NCBI RefSeq assembly: GCF_009914755.1
Contig: NC_060925.1
DNA length: 64,000 nucleotides
Reading direction: 5' to 3' (one strand)
Source: the human T2T-CHM13v2.0 reference genome, Homo sapiens
The notes beneath the pieces were generated by a model. That model was not told the DNA's origin, ran no database searches, and worked only from the letters and a program-made list of their open reading frames with translations. A program made the translations under genes and the position numbers. Below, piece after piece: positions 28,251 to 41,444 of the stretch. Each line of letters begins with the position of its first letter. Positions within the stretch are counted from its first letter, which is position 1.

Positions 28251-29352
28251 ACTCAGGTGTCCTAAATGGAGCATCTCTCTTCTTAAGCTGTAACCAAATT
28301 CAAGGCTGATCCAGTGTAACCAAAATCACATGGTTACATTGCCCAACCAGTAGTGACTTTTCATCTTTTTATATCATCAATAGATGATTACCCCAGTGAG
28401 CAGAGTGTTCTTTCATAAATAAAATGTTTTGAGTGGGTCTTTCCTGATCAGGTATTTCTCAATATTTGGTGTTATTCTGACAAGTTTTGATGAAACTATT
28501 TGCCAGATCTCAAGTTATACCTATAAGACTGATTTTAATACATATTCTCATGGTAGATTCAGGGTTTTTTTCCTGATAGTCGTCAGGGATTGACACAAAT
28601 TAACAGATCACAACAAATTAACATGTTAATACTACCCTACTGACCAAGTAACTGTGAAATTTCAGTTACTGTGGTTTCTAACGTTGCAGGAACAGATTAG
28701 ATTACTCTGTGAACTCTTCCAAATGCCTGTTAAAAAAGTGTTCCCAGCAGGTCCAGGGTCGACCCTGCATTATTTAAGTGGATCCAGTGGTGATGTCTAG
28801 GCTTCCTTTTACTGGATCAAGCTGGAATTCTGCCCATAGCCAGTCTGAAGATGATCCACTGGGAAGAATCTGTTCCATTATTGCAATCCAATTAAATGGT
28901 TCTTGCTAATGAGCGACGAGTTACAAGATATTAGGGCAGAGCTCTCTGAAGGAAGGTGAACAATAGTACATTGTATCCAATTAATACATGGACATGTCTA
29001 TCACAATTGCCTGGTATGATAGAAATTACGTTGTTCATGCAAAGGAAATGACAGAGGGAGAGCAGGAGGCCCAAGAACAATGTCAAAGTAGGAGAGAGTT
29101 TGCATCTTAAGAATGGCACAGGGGCCCCAGGGTTTTAGTTTTAATGTGTCCATTTCTAATTTATTTGGGTACTAATAAAAATGGCCCTTCTAAAGTTTTC
29201 AATGACAGCCCTGTCAATCTGCAATTGGTAAAAATTTACCAGTAACACTTCACTATCAAAATGATGTGTACATGGGGGAGGTTCATAGTAAAGAAAGAAT
29301 ATGCTTTTAAAAATACACAAAGTGTTAACACAGGTATGAGAAGCTTACTTAC

Positions 29353-29516
29353 TTGGTTTAGCCCACCTCACGTCGATGGCTGTGTGGTTAAGGACACTCG
29401 CAGTGAGATTGGCTCCTCTCTCTGGAAGACCAGCTAACGTTGTCACAGTCACTTCTCGGCTCGGTGTAAAACCCACACTGTTGTGTACGAAGAGCATATA
29501 TTCATAGGTTGTAAAC
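29353..29516 (-). CDS. USH2A: USH2A exon 44 (164 nt): FTTYEYMLFVHNSVGFTPSREVTVTTLAGLPERGANLTASVLNHTAIDVRWAKP
   Basis: Acceptor acattttag|GTTT, donor CCAA|gtaagt; translated by hand, absent from ORF track. Confidence 0.95.
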
Positions 29517-30892
29517 CTAAAATGTTGTTTTGTTAAAAAAAGTATATGAATTTCTACTTTACAGAAAATCTAACAAATAATTTCTTTTTTTCTTCACAAA
29601 ATACAGGATTTCCTTCCACCCCTCTACAAAATACTGTTTTCTTTTCCTCCCTAGAAAATACATTATTTTATTTTCCCTCCTTACACAACACATATCATTA
29701 ATTTTGTGACTTGCCAGCATAAACCAAAACATCAGGGAAATATTTTATTAGGAATGCTGAACAAATATTGCTATTGAAAACAAATGTGGTTTATCATTTT
29801 CTTATTCTTATTGTTTTCAGAAGTGGTGAGGATTACAGCTCAATTCAAGATGCAATTACAAATCAGGCAACCTGCCAGCTTTCTATCTGAATTTGATCCA
29901 GAGAGTTTTATGCTCTTCTTTTTGGAAACTCATCCATTTTCAAATATCAGAATCCCTCATCAACATTTTCTTCCGATACCTATGCTTCTTTCCCATAATC
30001 TCACTGCAGACAGATAAACCCCTAAATTAAATTGTAACTGTGACCAAAGTGTACAACATTCTCCCGCTGAGAGTTTTGCTACAGTGAGCTGTATTTTGCC
30101 ATAGTGTGAACATATTTACTTGAGTCAATACAGTGGAAACCGAATATTACTTTGCAGAAGGCAAAAACTGACATGCTGATGTGATATGAGGAGGACTTTC
30201 CAAGTCATTTATTAAATTGACTATAGAGTAAAGCCACCATTTTTTTTTAACCAGTTTTGGGCAGAAGACCATCAGGCTTCCTTTGCTTGGTTCAGAACTA
30301 CCTGTGTAAGGAAATGCCATAAACAGACACAGTCAGTCTATGAGTGGACAATAGCTTAGACTGAGATACTTGCTTAAACATGTAGTGCAACACACGACCA
30401 TCCCAGAGGCATCCAGGACACAGGGCAAACACTGGCCTCAGATCATTACCTAATTTGGGTTTATTAGATGATCAAGGATACCTCATCTCCAGTGTAAGGC
30501 CCACAGTATTTGTCTCAATATGTCACAATCTCTGATTTGACGATGCAAAGGTGGTGTGGCATGGGTGGGTAGGTGCCATTTGCAGGATTGTGTTAAATAA
30601 TTTGACCAAAATTATATCAGGATCCTCAGAGCATTTTACTGCCACCTAGGTAGAAGAAATCTGCTTGACTCATCCTGTTTCTTATTCATAGCCCGAAGAT
30701 ACGTTTGCAGGTTTCTGCCTGACCCACATTGAAAGGTGTTGCTCTATTGTAATTACAGGTAAAACTTAGTGACTTTTTGAGGCTATTTATCTATTTCTCC
30801 TAAATATGTGCTTGCATCAGATCTTCTACACCTCCCTGCTTTACCATCTCTTCTCAGGTGTTTAATGCCTCTTTTATTTCTGCTTTGTCTGC

Positions 30893-31356
30893 TGTAGTGG
30901 GTTGAACTGTATCTTTCAAAAAGATATTTTCAAGCCCAAGCCCCTGGTCCCTGTGAACACGACCTTATTGGAAGATAGGGTTTTTGCAGATGTAATCAAG
31001 TTAAGATGAGGTCATACTGGATTAGGCAGCACCATAAATTCAATGCTGATGTCTTTGGAAGAAAAAAGAGAGAGAAATTTTATAGACACATGGATACACA
31101 CAGGGAGGTGATGGCCATGTAAAAACAGAAACAGAAATTGGAGTTATGCTGTCACAAGCCAAGGATTTCCTAGGGCTACCAGAAGTTGGAAGAGGCAAGA
31201 AAGGGTTCTTCTACAGAGCTTTGGAAGGGAGTCTGGTCCAGAATACAAACTGGTTTGCAACTTCTTATATCCAGACCTGTGAGAGAATAAATTTCTGTTG
31301 TTTCAAGCCACCCAGTATGTGATATTTTGTTACTGCAGCCCTGGAAAATGAATACA
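30893..31356 (+). mobile_element. MLT1B/C solo LTR
   Basis: tgtagtggg...aataca; TSD tctgc/tatgc. Confidence 0.85.
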
Positions 31357-31419
31357 TATGCTTTTTAGCAAGTGCTGAATAGTCCACATAATCCAGACAA
31401 CTAAAAAATAATAATAGTT

Positions 31420-31640
31420 ACTTAATAGCTGTCAGGCATTTTCTACAGATGTTAACCCATTCATTCCTCACAAAACTCTATAAGGTGCTATTATAATACC
31501 TATTTTGAAAATAAGAAAAACAAGGCTCAGAGAGATAAATAACTTGTCCAAGTCATTGAGATAATAAGTAGGAGGACTGAGATTCAAATATAGGCAGTCT
31601 GATTTCAGAGCCTGCTCTTTTAACCATGATGCTATACTGC
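31420..31640 (-). mobile_element. MIR
   Basis: MIR core (aggctcagagagataaataacttgtccaagtca). Confidence 0.7.
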
Positions 31641-31896
31641 CAACATAATAGTGATGATAATAATAATAGTAATAATAACAATCATAATGATAATCTGTTC
31701 TGTCCATACTTGGATGATGTCATATCACTAAGGCTTGAACTTTGCGTTATTTTTCTAGCAGAGGGAATAGATTTTTGCTTACACATTCAAACAGTCTGGC
31801 CAAATTTCCTTTGCAACCAATAGTATGAATATGAAGGATGATGAGTCGGGGTTAAGAGGGTAGCAAGCCTATGACAATGGAATGAAATGAAGCTAA

Positions 31897-31939
31897 TGGC
31901 TCACAAGGGAATTGAACCAGCGACCTTGGCTTCATTAGC
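31897..31939 (-). mobile_element. tRNA-Ile-like SINE head fragment (MamSINE1-like), not a functional tRNA
   Basis: Minus strand GCTAATGAAGCCAAGGTCGCTGGTTCAATTCCCTTGTGAGCCA resembles a tRNA 3' half with B box. Confidence 0.6.
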
Positions 31940-32605
31940 TCTCTCCCTGGGTAAAATACTTATAATTATATTTTACTTCATAAAATGACTTAAAAGAAAT
32001 GTAGCTAGAGTCTGGATACCTAGCCTCCTCTCCTATAATATGTAAATTTTTCTTCCACATGTCTATGCTATTATACAATTAATAATCTTTATGGATTTAA
32101 AGTGATACCATGTTTGTGGTTCTTTCCTACATGTGGAATTAACAATATCAGGTGGCGCTAAAATGGTTGATTGTAAATAAATTCTATAGGGCTTTAGTTT
32201 TTATAATACTTTAAGAGATTTCACAATAATTTAGTTATGGCGAAATACACAATTTACGTCTACAAAACTCAGGCCACATAGATACACACAATTGCATGCC
32301 TGTTTTCAAGGTGGTTCTAAAATTTTAGAGTAAGAGATGGCTTTAGAGTTTATCTGCTACAAATAATAAAGTGTGTGCTACATCATACAGATTAAACAAA
32401 AAACCCTGAGACCCTGAGAAACAAGTGGATTTGTGTAAGTTTGCACAACTAGTTAATGGGGTAGCTGGACATAGGGTTTATTCATTTCCAATATTACACT
32501 ATTTCCACTTTTTAAAAATTTAATTGAGAAATCAGTAGATATTTCATTTGAGGCCGTACATTTGTCTTTTGTACTTTAACTTTCATTGTTAAGTTAAATT
32601 TTTAA

Positions 32606-32942
<337 letters not shown>

Positions 32943-34995
32943 GAGGAAACAAGATCCTGAATCCTCTTAAATACTAAAATATACTGTTTTCATTTCATCT
33001 GAATTCCAATCTGTATTTAGTAAGAATATATACCTATGGCTTGTCTACATATATATGTTGATTCACATTTCACCACTTCATATCAAAAAAAGAATGTATT
33101 AGTTGGCTTGAAGTGGTTTTCCATTCACTCTATGTATACTGTTTTTCAAATGGACTTACGTGTTGATTGTTGATATTAAATGGGACATTCCATTTAATAA
33201 ATGATAAAAGAATACATTTTAAAACAAAAATGCTAGATCAATTAACATCATATACTTATGACAAAACTTATGTGTATCAATCAATTTCTTCTCTAAATAC
33301 AAAGTGTGTTCTCTAGGCATGTCTTGAAAAATGTCCATTTTAAACTCTGTAGGAAAAAACTTTTGCAATATAAGTATTCAAAGTAAGTGAATACTTATAT
33401 TGAGTCTATGATGTAGCCAGTAAAACCAATTGTTTTTGGGTCCATTTAGGAATACTTGGACTATTACAATAGTTTTTCCCCCATTTGCTTGAGACCATCC
33501 TCCGGTCTCTCCCTCCTCCACTCCCCAAACAGCAAATTGTAAACTTTATTATGGTATAGACATGACTATGGTAATTTTCCTCATAAAAAATAATATGTGT
33601 TAAAATCTTACTTGTGGAACAATATTCATTTCAAGGTTCAGGTGTTATTACTCCAATGAATTAGAAAACTAGATTATGTTTAAATGATGCAGTTTTAATT
33701 TGTTTATTTACTGAATAGATAATTTTATAAATGAATGAATAGATGTTTCATAGTTATTTAAGCACTCAGTCTCAAAAATTTCAGGTCACTTATATAATTT
33801 TTTAGGTTAGTGAGATAAAAATCTACCTGTCCAATAGAAAGAATATCTCTGCTGAAACTTAGCAAAGTGCTTTTAAAAATATATTGAAAACAAATTATAT
33901 TGCTTTTTCATATTTAATACATCACTTCACTCATTCATTTGTTCATTCATTTAATATTTATTGGATATTACCAATATGCCAGGTGTTAAAAATAATAAAA
34001 TTGTTATCTGTCCACCTGGAGCCATAATGTATATAAAATTTTACAGAAATATGTTTTTAAATGAGAACATCTAATTTATTCATTTATTCCTTATTCTTTG
34101 AACACGCATCAGATGAAGCATCTAATTTAACCATATCCAGCTGGGAAGTCTTCACGGAGGAGGTAACATTTGGGGCAGGTTTTGATAAGAAGTGGTATTT
34201 TATCCAGTGAAGACATTTGTCCAGGGCAAAATATGTGAAGGCTTGTATCTTGGAAGGGACTGATATATTGTGGGAAACCAAAATTCTTCAGGGCAGCTGC
34301 AGAATGCCTGGGGTTATTTTCATCAGAATTAAAAATGTGTCAACTTTATTGATGTCCTAACAGAATTCATGTGTTAATATTGTCACCAATATAAATCACG
34401 CTTCTGAAAATGCAGGTTATTTAGTTGCTTCTTCCACTAACTCTTCCTCATCTCTGCCACAACCCAAAGTATTTTTCAGTACACCATCACACAAGTGTGG
34501 ATTTGAGAAATCTCATAAATCATACTTTTCCTTACATCTTCAAATCTTTTGTGGGAATAGCAAACAAAGAAAAATGAAATGCAATATTGTTTCCATTGCT
34601 TAAGTCTATAGCTATTAAAATTTTCAGCTGATGGTAGACACTTTAAAAAATCTATTTGTTGATTCTAAAAATAGTATTGAAGATTTTTGCTTCAAAAATT
34701 GAAGAGTAATGTTGATCACACTTGAATATTTTTAATATGAGACATTTTAGATTGTGAGTGAAACTTGAAGCTGTTATGTTTCTGTTGCTATCTATATCTA
34801 CACTACCAGAATTGTCAGACCTAAGATAATTTTGCAGTAATTTCCATCTTTGTTCTACTTTGTCATCACCATGAGAAAGAAATACAGCCAATGAAAGTAG
34901 TTTTTCTGCTTTTTTATTCTAAGAAAACACTAGGGGAAAAAAACCTCCTGTGACAAAACACATCCTTCTGGATTTAGAAGTTCATTTTTCATGAG

Positions 34996-35411
34996 TGATA
35001 TAGTTTGGATATTTGTCCCCTCCAAATCTTATGTTGAAATGTGATCACCAATGTTGAATGTAGGCCCTAATGGGATGTGCTTGGATCATAGGGGTGAATC
35101 CCTTATGAATGGCTTGCTGTCATCCCTGTGGTAGTGAGTGAGCCCTCACAATATTAGCTCAGGGGAGAGCTGGTTGTTTAAGAGCATGGCATTCCTCCCA
35201 GCGCCCTCTTGCTCCCTCTCTTGCCATGTGACATACCTGCTCCCTTTTCACCTTCCACCACGGGTAAAAGCTCCCTGAAGCCTTCACCAGAGGAAGACGC
35301 TGGCACCAGGCTTCTTGTACAGCCTGCAGAACCATGAGCCAAGTAAACTTTTCTTTATAAATTATCCAGTCTCAGGTGTTTCTTTAGAGCATTGCAAAAT
35401 GGGCTAATACA
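34996..35411 (+). mobile_element. MSTB-type solo LTR
   Basis: tgatatagtttgg...ctaataca; TSD atgag/aggag. Confidence 0.87.
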
Positions 35412-38214
35412 AGGAGGTAACACATAATATGATGACACAGAAAAGGACATCGTGTAGGGCATGTAAGGCATTGAAAAAAAAATCCAATGGGAAAAAACAC
35501 TGTGACCAATTTAATTTGAATGTGAAAGACATGTTTACTCCTTTTGAATTAAGTGCATGGCTATGAGATGGCATACTAGTGTTGACAGAAGTTGGCTTTC
35601 ATTCTTAGACTCAATTTTTATTCACATTCCCATATTAAGGAATAAATTAACAGGATCTATCTCATCTTGGTAGTCACGGGAGAAGCTTTCCTTTCACTTG
35701 CCCTTTCTATGTACAAAGTTAACTTCTTCACTTAATAGCTACAATCTGACATTATTTATATTATAGAAACACGTGTCATGGAACTGACCCAGTCTTTCAT
35801 ACTAGCAAAGATGCAGATGTCATCTATACATATTTAATCTCATTACAAAGAAGAGGAACAAAAGTTATGTTCTTTTGAATATTATCCCCCACAGAAATGG
35901 CATCCTCTTTTAGGACTTGAAACATCTTTATTTTAGTAGATTTAAAAATATATATGAAAATATATGTCAATAAGATTTAAACTTAGAATTTATGATATAT
36001 TTAGCTTAAGCATTTACATCTTAAGTCTTACCCTTCTTTGAAAAATAAGACGAAAATGTGTTAATTTTGAATGTTTTAATTTAAATGTAATACAATTAGT
36101 GGATTCTCGAGGAATCACATAGAGGTCTCCATCCAAATTGTCATTGCAAAAAAAAAAAAAAATACTCTGAGAAATGTATAAATAATTAAAAGGAATAGCA
36201 ATTAGAACATACATTCCTTCATAAACTTAATGAAAGCTAATTTATAAATCTAAATTATAATCTGACAGTCAATATTTTCTCTATAATAGTAAAATAACCC
36301 TATTGTTTATTATAACTTGTTCTTCTTTAAATCCACAACGAAAAGGAGAACATGCTCATTGTATTCTTAGCAGTTTTATCTGATCACTTAGGAACCAAGG
36401 CAGTGTTGTTAGGTGCTGAAAATTGTGAAGGTAGATTGATGCTTAAAATGAAGGAGGTCGCCGCCCTCTTGTTAAACCCTGCCTGACTCACTTCGGCAGC
36501 TTCAGATGATAACAGCACGTTCGCCAGATTTTCTAAGTGATGAAAATGTCAGGAAACCCAAAGTTATAGTTCCCCCAACAACCATAACTTGCTCACTTTG
36601 CAAGGAATTATTAAGGAAGAAAAGTTAGAAACTGACAAGCAGTATAAACCTGTAGTTATACGGAATTCGTGTCTACACAGGCAGAGCAAAATTCGATAAT
36701 GAGGCAACTAGCTGTGCAATTTAGACAAAAATTACTCCTTACCTAAGATAATCATAAGAGCAAAAAGTATTTTTGTTAGAATTAAATTATCTGGATAATT
36801 GACTTGAGACTGTTTTGTACATGTAGATATAAAAGAAAAAATAACTACTAGAATGATCTGAAGTTCCAAATATAATGATGTTTTAAATTAAATTGGTGCT
36901 TTTCTATGCGTTATAAACACATACTTAGCCAAAATAGACCACTTGAACTAGGAAATTGGCTTCAACTTATATTTACTGTCACAAATATATTCATAAAGAG
37001 ATGTCTAGTGAATCTTAATTTTACTTTTTATATCAGGAGAAGTGCCATTTAAAAGCTGATTCTAAATGTAACTATGGTGATATTCAAGTCAAGATGGTAA
37101 GAAACACTTCAGTGCTCCTTTTATTTATGCAGACGTTAAGTTAAGAAGGAAATTGGGATGGTGGAATCTGGGGAGAATAGGAAATTACATAATCCTCCCA
37201 AAGATATTAGAATTCAATTAAAAACCCAGGAAAACATACCTGGCCAAACAAATAAATCAGCAAAACAAATATAGGCAAAGGAAGGGCCATGAAGGAACAG
37301 TAACACAGGTGTGAACCAACACATGATGAACACTCAGCTTCATCCCCCTCTGCAATTTGACAGACCACTAGCTGACCAGCAGGAACAAGGAGCCCCGGAT
37401 GTTGCCAAGGTGGCCAGTGGCACCATCTAACCAAACAAAATCACTTCCTTTAAAGAGAAAAATATCCTGCCCGCCAGGGGATCAAGTTTTGGTTTTCTCT
37501 CATATTTGCAAGACACTCCCCCTTGGGCTAAAGGCACTCCTAGCTTTTTATGGACTTATAAAGGGTAGAGGGCTAGAAAAAGAGATTCTTATAAAGACTC
37601 ACGCCATTTACACTGAATGTTAAGAAGAAATGCTTTTTTTTTTTCTACAAGCTTAATGTAAGTTGTAGCTGTTATTTTAATAAATAAAAAAAATCTGTGC
37701 AAGTACTACCGGAAAAAAATGACATTTGGCATTATGAAACTAGTCAAAATATCCCTTTAACACAATTTTGTTATCTGCACACTTCCCTTCCGGAAGCAGC
37801 TGTCATGGGTGTGTTTATGTCAATTCATGTTTCAATTTAAGTTGTGGAAATTCACTTTATTTTTTCCTGAAATCTTAGATTTGAACTTCTCATTAAGAAT
37901 CCTTAGAGGAATCACTAAAAATTCATAACTAACTTCATGGCCTTGGTCCTAATTATTTAATAAGTTTTCATTTCTTGTATAAAGAAACAAAATTAACTTT
38001 TGGAAACTTATTCTTTGTTTTTGCTGAGTAGCTCATGGCTAAAACTCAGATTCAGTAATGTTAAAGAGTCAAGTTCTATTTATTTTTTGAAATAGTTATA
38101 TTTAAGCACTTAAGAGTTCATAGGTCACAGGAAGCTACTATTTGAAGTGATTTCTTTAGGCAGAATTGGTGACTTTGTAGATAACTCTGAGGACAGCAAT
38201 TAATATATATATTA

Positions 38215-38303
38215 ATTATATATATTATTAATTATATATAATAATCAATATATAAATATATAATATATATTGATTATTATATATAATTAATAATGTATAT
38301 AAT
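38215..38303. repeat. AT-rich inverted repeat (40-bp arms, 1 mismatch, 9-nt spacer)
   Basis: 38224-38254 is the exact reverse complement of 38264-38294. Confidence 0.92.
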
Positions 38304-38819
38304 ATATAAAAATACATATTATATCACACTCTCTATGGAGGGGGCGGGGGGAAGGGTTCCTCCACTAGATTATAAGTTCTTTGAGGTCAAGGGCTAAGAT
38401 GTATTTATCTTTTGTTCCTTATCACAGTGCCTCAGCACACAGTAAGCACAAATAAGCAAAAATAAATGAATTTATTCTACTGAAGTGATAATCATATAGG
38501 GATGCCAAATTAAGTAAATAATGAATTAAAAGTAGTTGAGAATAGTATAATGAGCATTATAATTTAGGATAAGCAACATGGATCTGCTAGTAATTGACCA
38601 ATCTTCACCTATAAAAGTGGCAGTTTCATATAGTTCATTCTGTTGCTTGATCAGATTTACGAGATGCCTCTCTCTGAGAATCTTACAAGAACTAGGATGT
38701 TTTCCCACCACAACTTTTTAAGAGGACAGGAGAATTTTCCTTAGTTTTGCCATTCCCCAGAGAGAAGAACACTACAGCTAATATTCCTAAGGTACAGAGC
38801 AGTGAATTAATTCTTGATT

Positions 38820-39330
38820 GAGCTAACCTATTTTTAAGTATTCAGGTGTAGGGCACTATGTGCTGGTATGTGCCAGACACCATGCTAGGAACTGAAGACA
38901 GAGTCACGAAGACCGCACCCCTGCCTTATGGTAGATCTGATAATATAACGTGGTGTTTAGACAAGCAGTCAGGCCAGTACACTACAATGACAATAGTGAT
39001 ATGTTAGGGGATGTCCTATGGAAATGTTACAGAGGAGCTGAATCAGACCAGCAAGAGTGTTGGCAGGAAAGGCCTCCTAGAGGAAGAAACCTCCAGGCTA
39101 AGACGTGGCAGATGATCTAGTCAGGCAACAGGAAAAGGCAACTATGGGGAAAAGCTGAAAGAGCAAGTGTTGTATGTTGGAGGTACTGAATGCAATACAA
39201 ATGTGGCTGGAATGCAGAGGCCTTGGTAAGAAAGGGATGGGAGACAAGGCTAGAATGGTAAACAGGGTTCAGACTACAGCTACCCAGTGGTGGGTCTAGA
39301 AAAATAATGACCCACATAGAAAAGTTACTG
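38820..39330 (-). mobile_element. L2 relic
   Basis: tgtgccagacaccatgctagg and ggaaaggcctcctagaggaag motifs; boundaries approximate. Confidence 0.6.
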
Positions 39331-40103
39331 AAACATATGATCGAGGAGTTTTCATAAAATAACGTTCATGTTTTCTGAAATTTAATCACATTGCTTGAAC
39401 TCATGAAGATTTAGAAGTCATTTAATTCTATAAAATCACCTCATTTTATGGACAACAAAAATGAAGCCCAGAGAAGTTAAGTGATTTTTAAGTAGTGAAG
39501 CTTTGTGGCCTAAAGTCACAAAGCTAGTTCTCCAGCACAGGCTAAAGCAGAACCAGATCTCCTAACTCTCCCATGTAGCACCCTTTTCTACTGTCACCTA
39601 TTAGCCTTTACTGAATGTCTTTGAACTCTAGATTGAATTCTTTCAAGTCCCAATCCTGTTCACTAATGTTTTCTTTTGCGGACTGAATCAATAACTTACA
39701 ATCAATTATAAGTCATTATAATTCATTTATAAGCCATTTCTAGAAATAGCAAGCATTCTACAAGTGCCCAGGAATTTTCCCCATTTTGTATGTGTTCAAT
39801 ATTTCCAAATTCTTCCATAACGTTTTATGTCTAGATGGAGCCGTGACAAAGGCAATAGGTTAAGGCTTGAACATCTACAAGTTCAACTTCAAAAGGCTTA
39901 TTTTAAGCATGCAGTTAAGATGGAAAACATTAAACATGCTGACTGTTACAGCTGGGTGATTAATGCCACAGATAATAACCAAACATGTTTTATTGCATAA
40001 CTGATAACACGCTCACACAATGAAGACACTGAGATACTTTGAACTATTCAACATGCCCAGAACTAAATGCCAGCATTTGTTTTTATAGTTTTTGTAATCT
40101 CAC

Positions 40104-40226
40104 CTGCTAAGACCCTTATCTTCATAAAGCCACTGAGTTCCTGAATAAATATTGTGCCACCGATTTAAATCTTCTGGGGGATTTGATGCAAGTGGCTGCT
40201 GGATTTTACGTCTCAGAAGCTCATAT
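40104..40226 (-). CDS. USH2A: USH2A exon 43 (123 nt, in-frame): YELLRRKIQQPLASNPPEDLNRWHNIYSGTQWLYEDKGLSR
   Basis: Acceptor cttttgctttag|ATAT, donor CAG|gtgaga; translated by hand, absent from ORF track; phase 2-2 fits neighbours. Confidence 0.95.
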
Positions 40227-41109
40227 CTAAAGCAAAAGACAAGCAGGAACATCAGGATTATCTCAACTCATATTGAGATTACCAAAACTCAGGCTGTTCT
40301 GTGGCATGTGCGTGTGATATATGCGTGGAAGCATAAAGAATAACATCTTAAGTTTACAGTTACGTGGTTTTGTTTCAGATGAACGTTTTTTTTTCTGGAC
40401 CAAATTCCATATATTTAATATTTTGAAGAATCAGTTACATTCGCATTTTACTATTATCTCCCAGAATGATAGCATTTTAGATTTCTTCTAAGTTAGATGT
40501 GCCAAATCTTTACTGCCAGTTTCGCACAAAGTAGAAATACACAAAGCTTATCAAGTTAATGGTTTCCTATGACTATCAATACTTTATAAACGATGATAAT
40601 ATTATCAACTTTGTATTCTTGGCCAAGTATCAAGTTTGGGTGGTTGCAAAACCATTTCTGAATCACAGCTCTTTTCTTTCATCGTATCGGGCTCCCTGAC
40701 CACACTCCTCACAAGTTTCCATAAGCTAACAACATGCCAAAGAATTACTGTGTTAGCCTTAGAATTCTGAGGTACATTTGTGCAAATGTATCATATAGAA
40801 CCTACATCAGGTTTGCCTAACATATAATAAAAGCATATGTTGAAAATGAAGTGATGGATTATGTAGCGAATCCTTAGACAATAGTGATTGTGGTTTCAAG
40901 GGTTTTTAGTTCTTCAAATTGATAAACTTTGATGTTTCCATAATAAGTTGAAGTGTACAGTATGATAGTGTATGAAAGTTATGAGTCAGGGGATATTCAA
41001 TGCCAAATTAGTTCTATGTTCATATAGGAATAAAAGCCTCCTTCATTTCCCTACTTCTCAGAGAGATAAGGACTACAGCAACATAAAAATCATAGTCACC
41101 TTCTCTTAC

Positions 41110-41444
41110 CTCAAATTAGGTCCATTTGGCTTGGATGGTGGTTGCCAAGAAATCACAACATATGATTCACTTAGTGGAATCACAGACAATGGGCCAACAT
41201 TCTGAGGTACGGTGGGGTGAGTGGTAACATAGGTAGGTAAACTCTCTGTGCACCCTCCAAGGTACCCATTACCCCCTGAGCAAGCAACAATGGTGACAGA
41301 ATAATTAGTGAAAGGAATCAGATGAGTAACTTTTTGACTTAACACTGCGGAAGTCACATTGGTTAAAGTGATGTGAGGGTCAGGCATGTGAATCTCATAG
41401 CTAAGTATGTCTCCGTTCTGGATGAGTGGGGGTTTCCAAGTGAC
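41110..41444 (-). CDS. USH2A: USH2A exon 42 (335 nt): VTWKPPLIQNGDILSYEIHMPDPH...SWQPPSKPNGPNLR
   Basis: Acceptor tttcatttcag|GTCA, donor GAG|gtaaga; overlaps ORF 41106..41387. Confidence 0.96.

Noticed and set aside
31897-31939. Functional tRNA gene
   Set aside because: 5' half and A box missing; cloverleaf cannot form
38338-38356. G-rich run as a G-quadruplex
   Set aside because: Only three separate runs of 3 or more G; not a canonical motif
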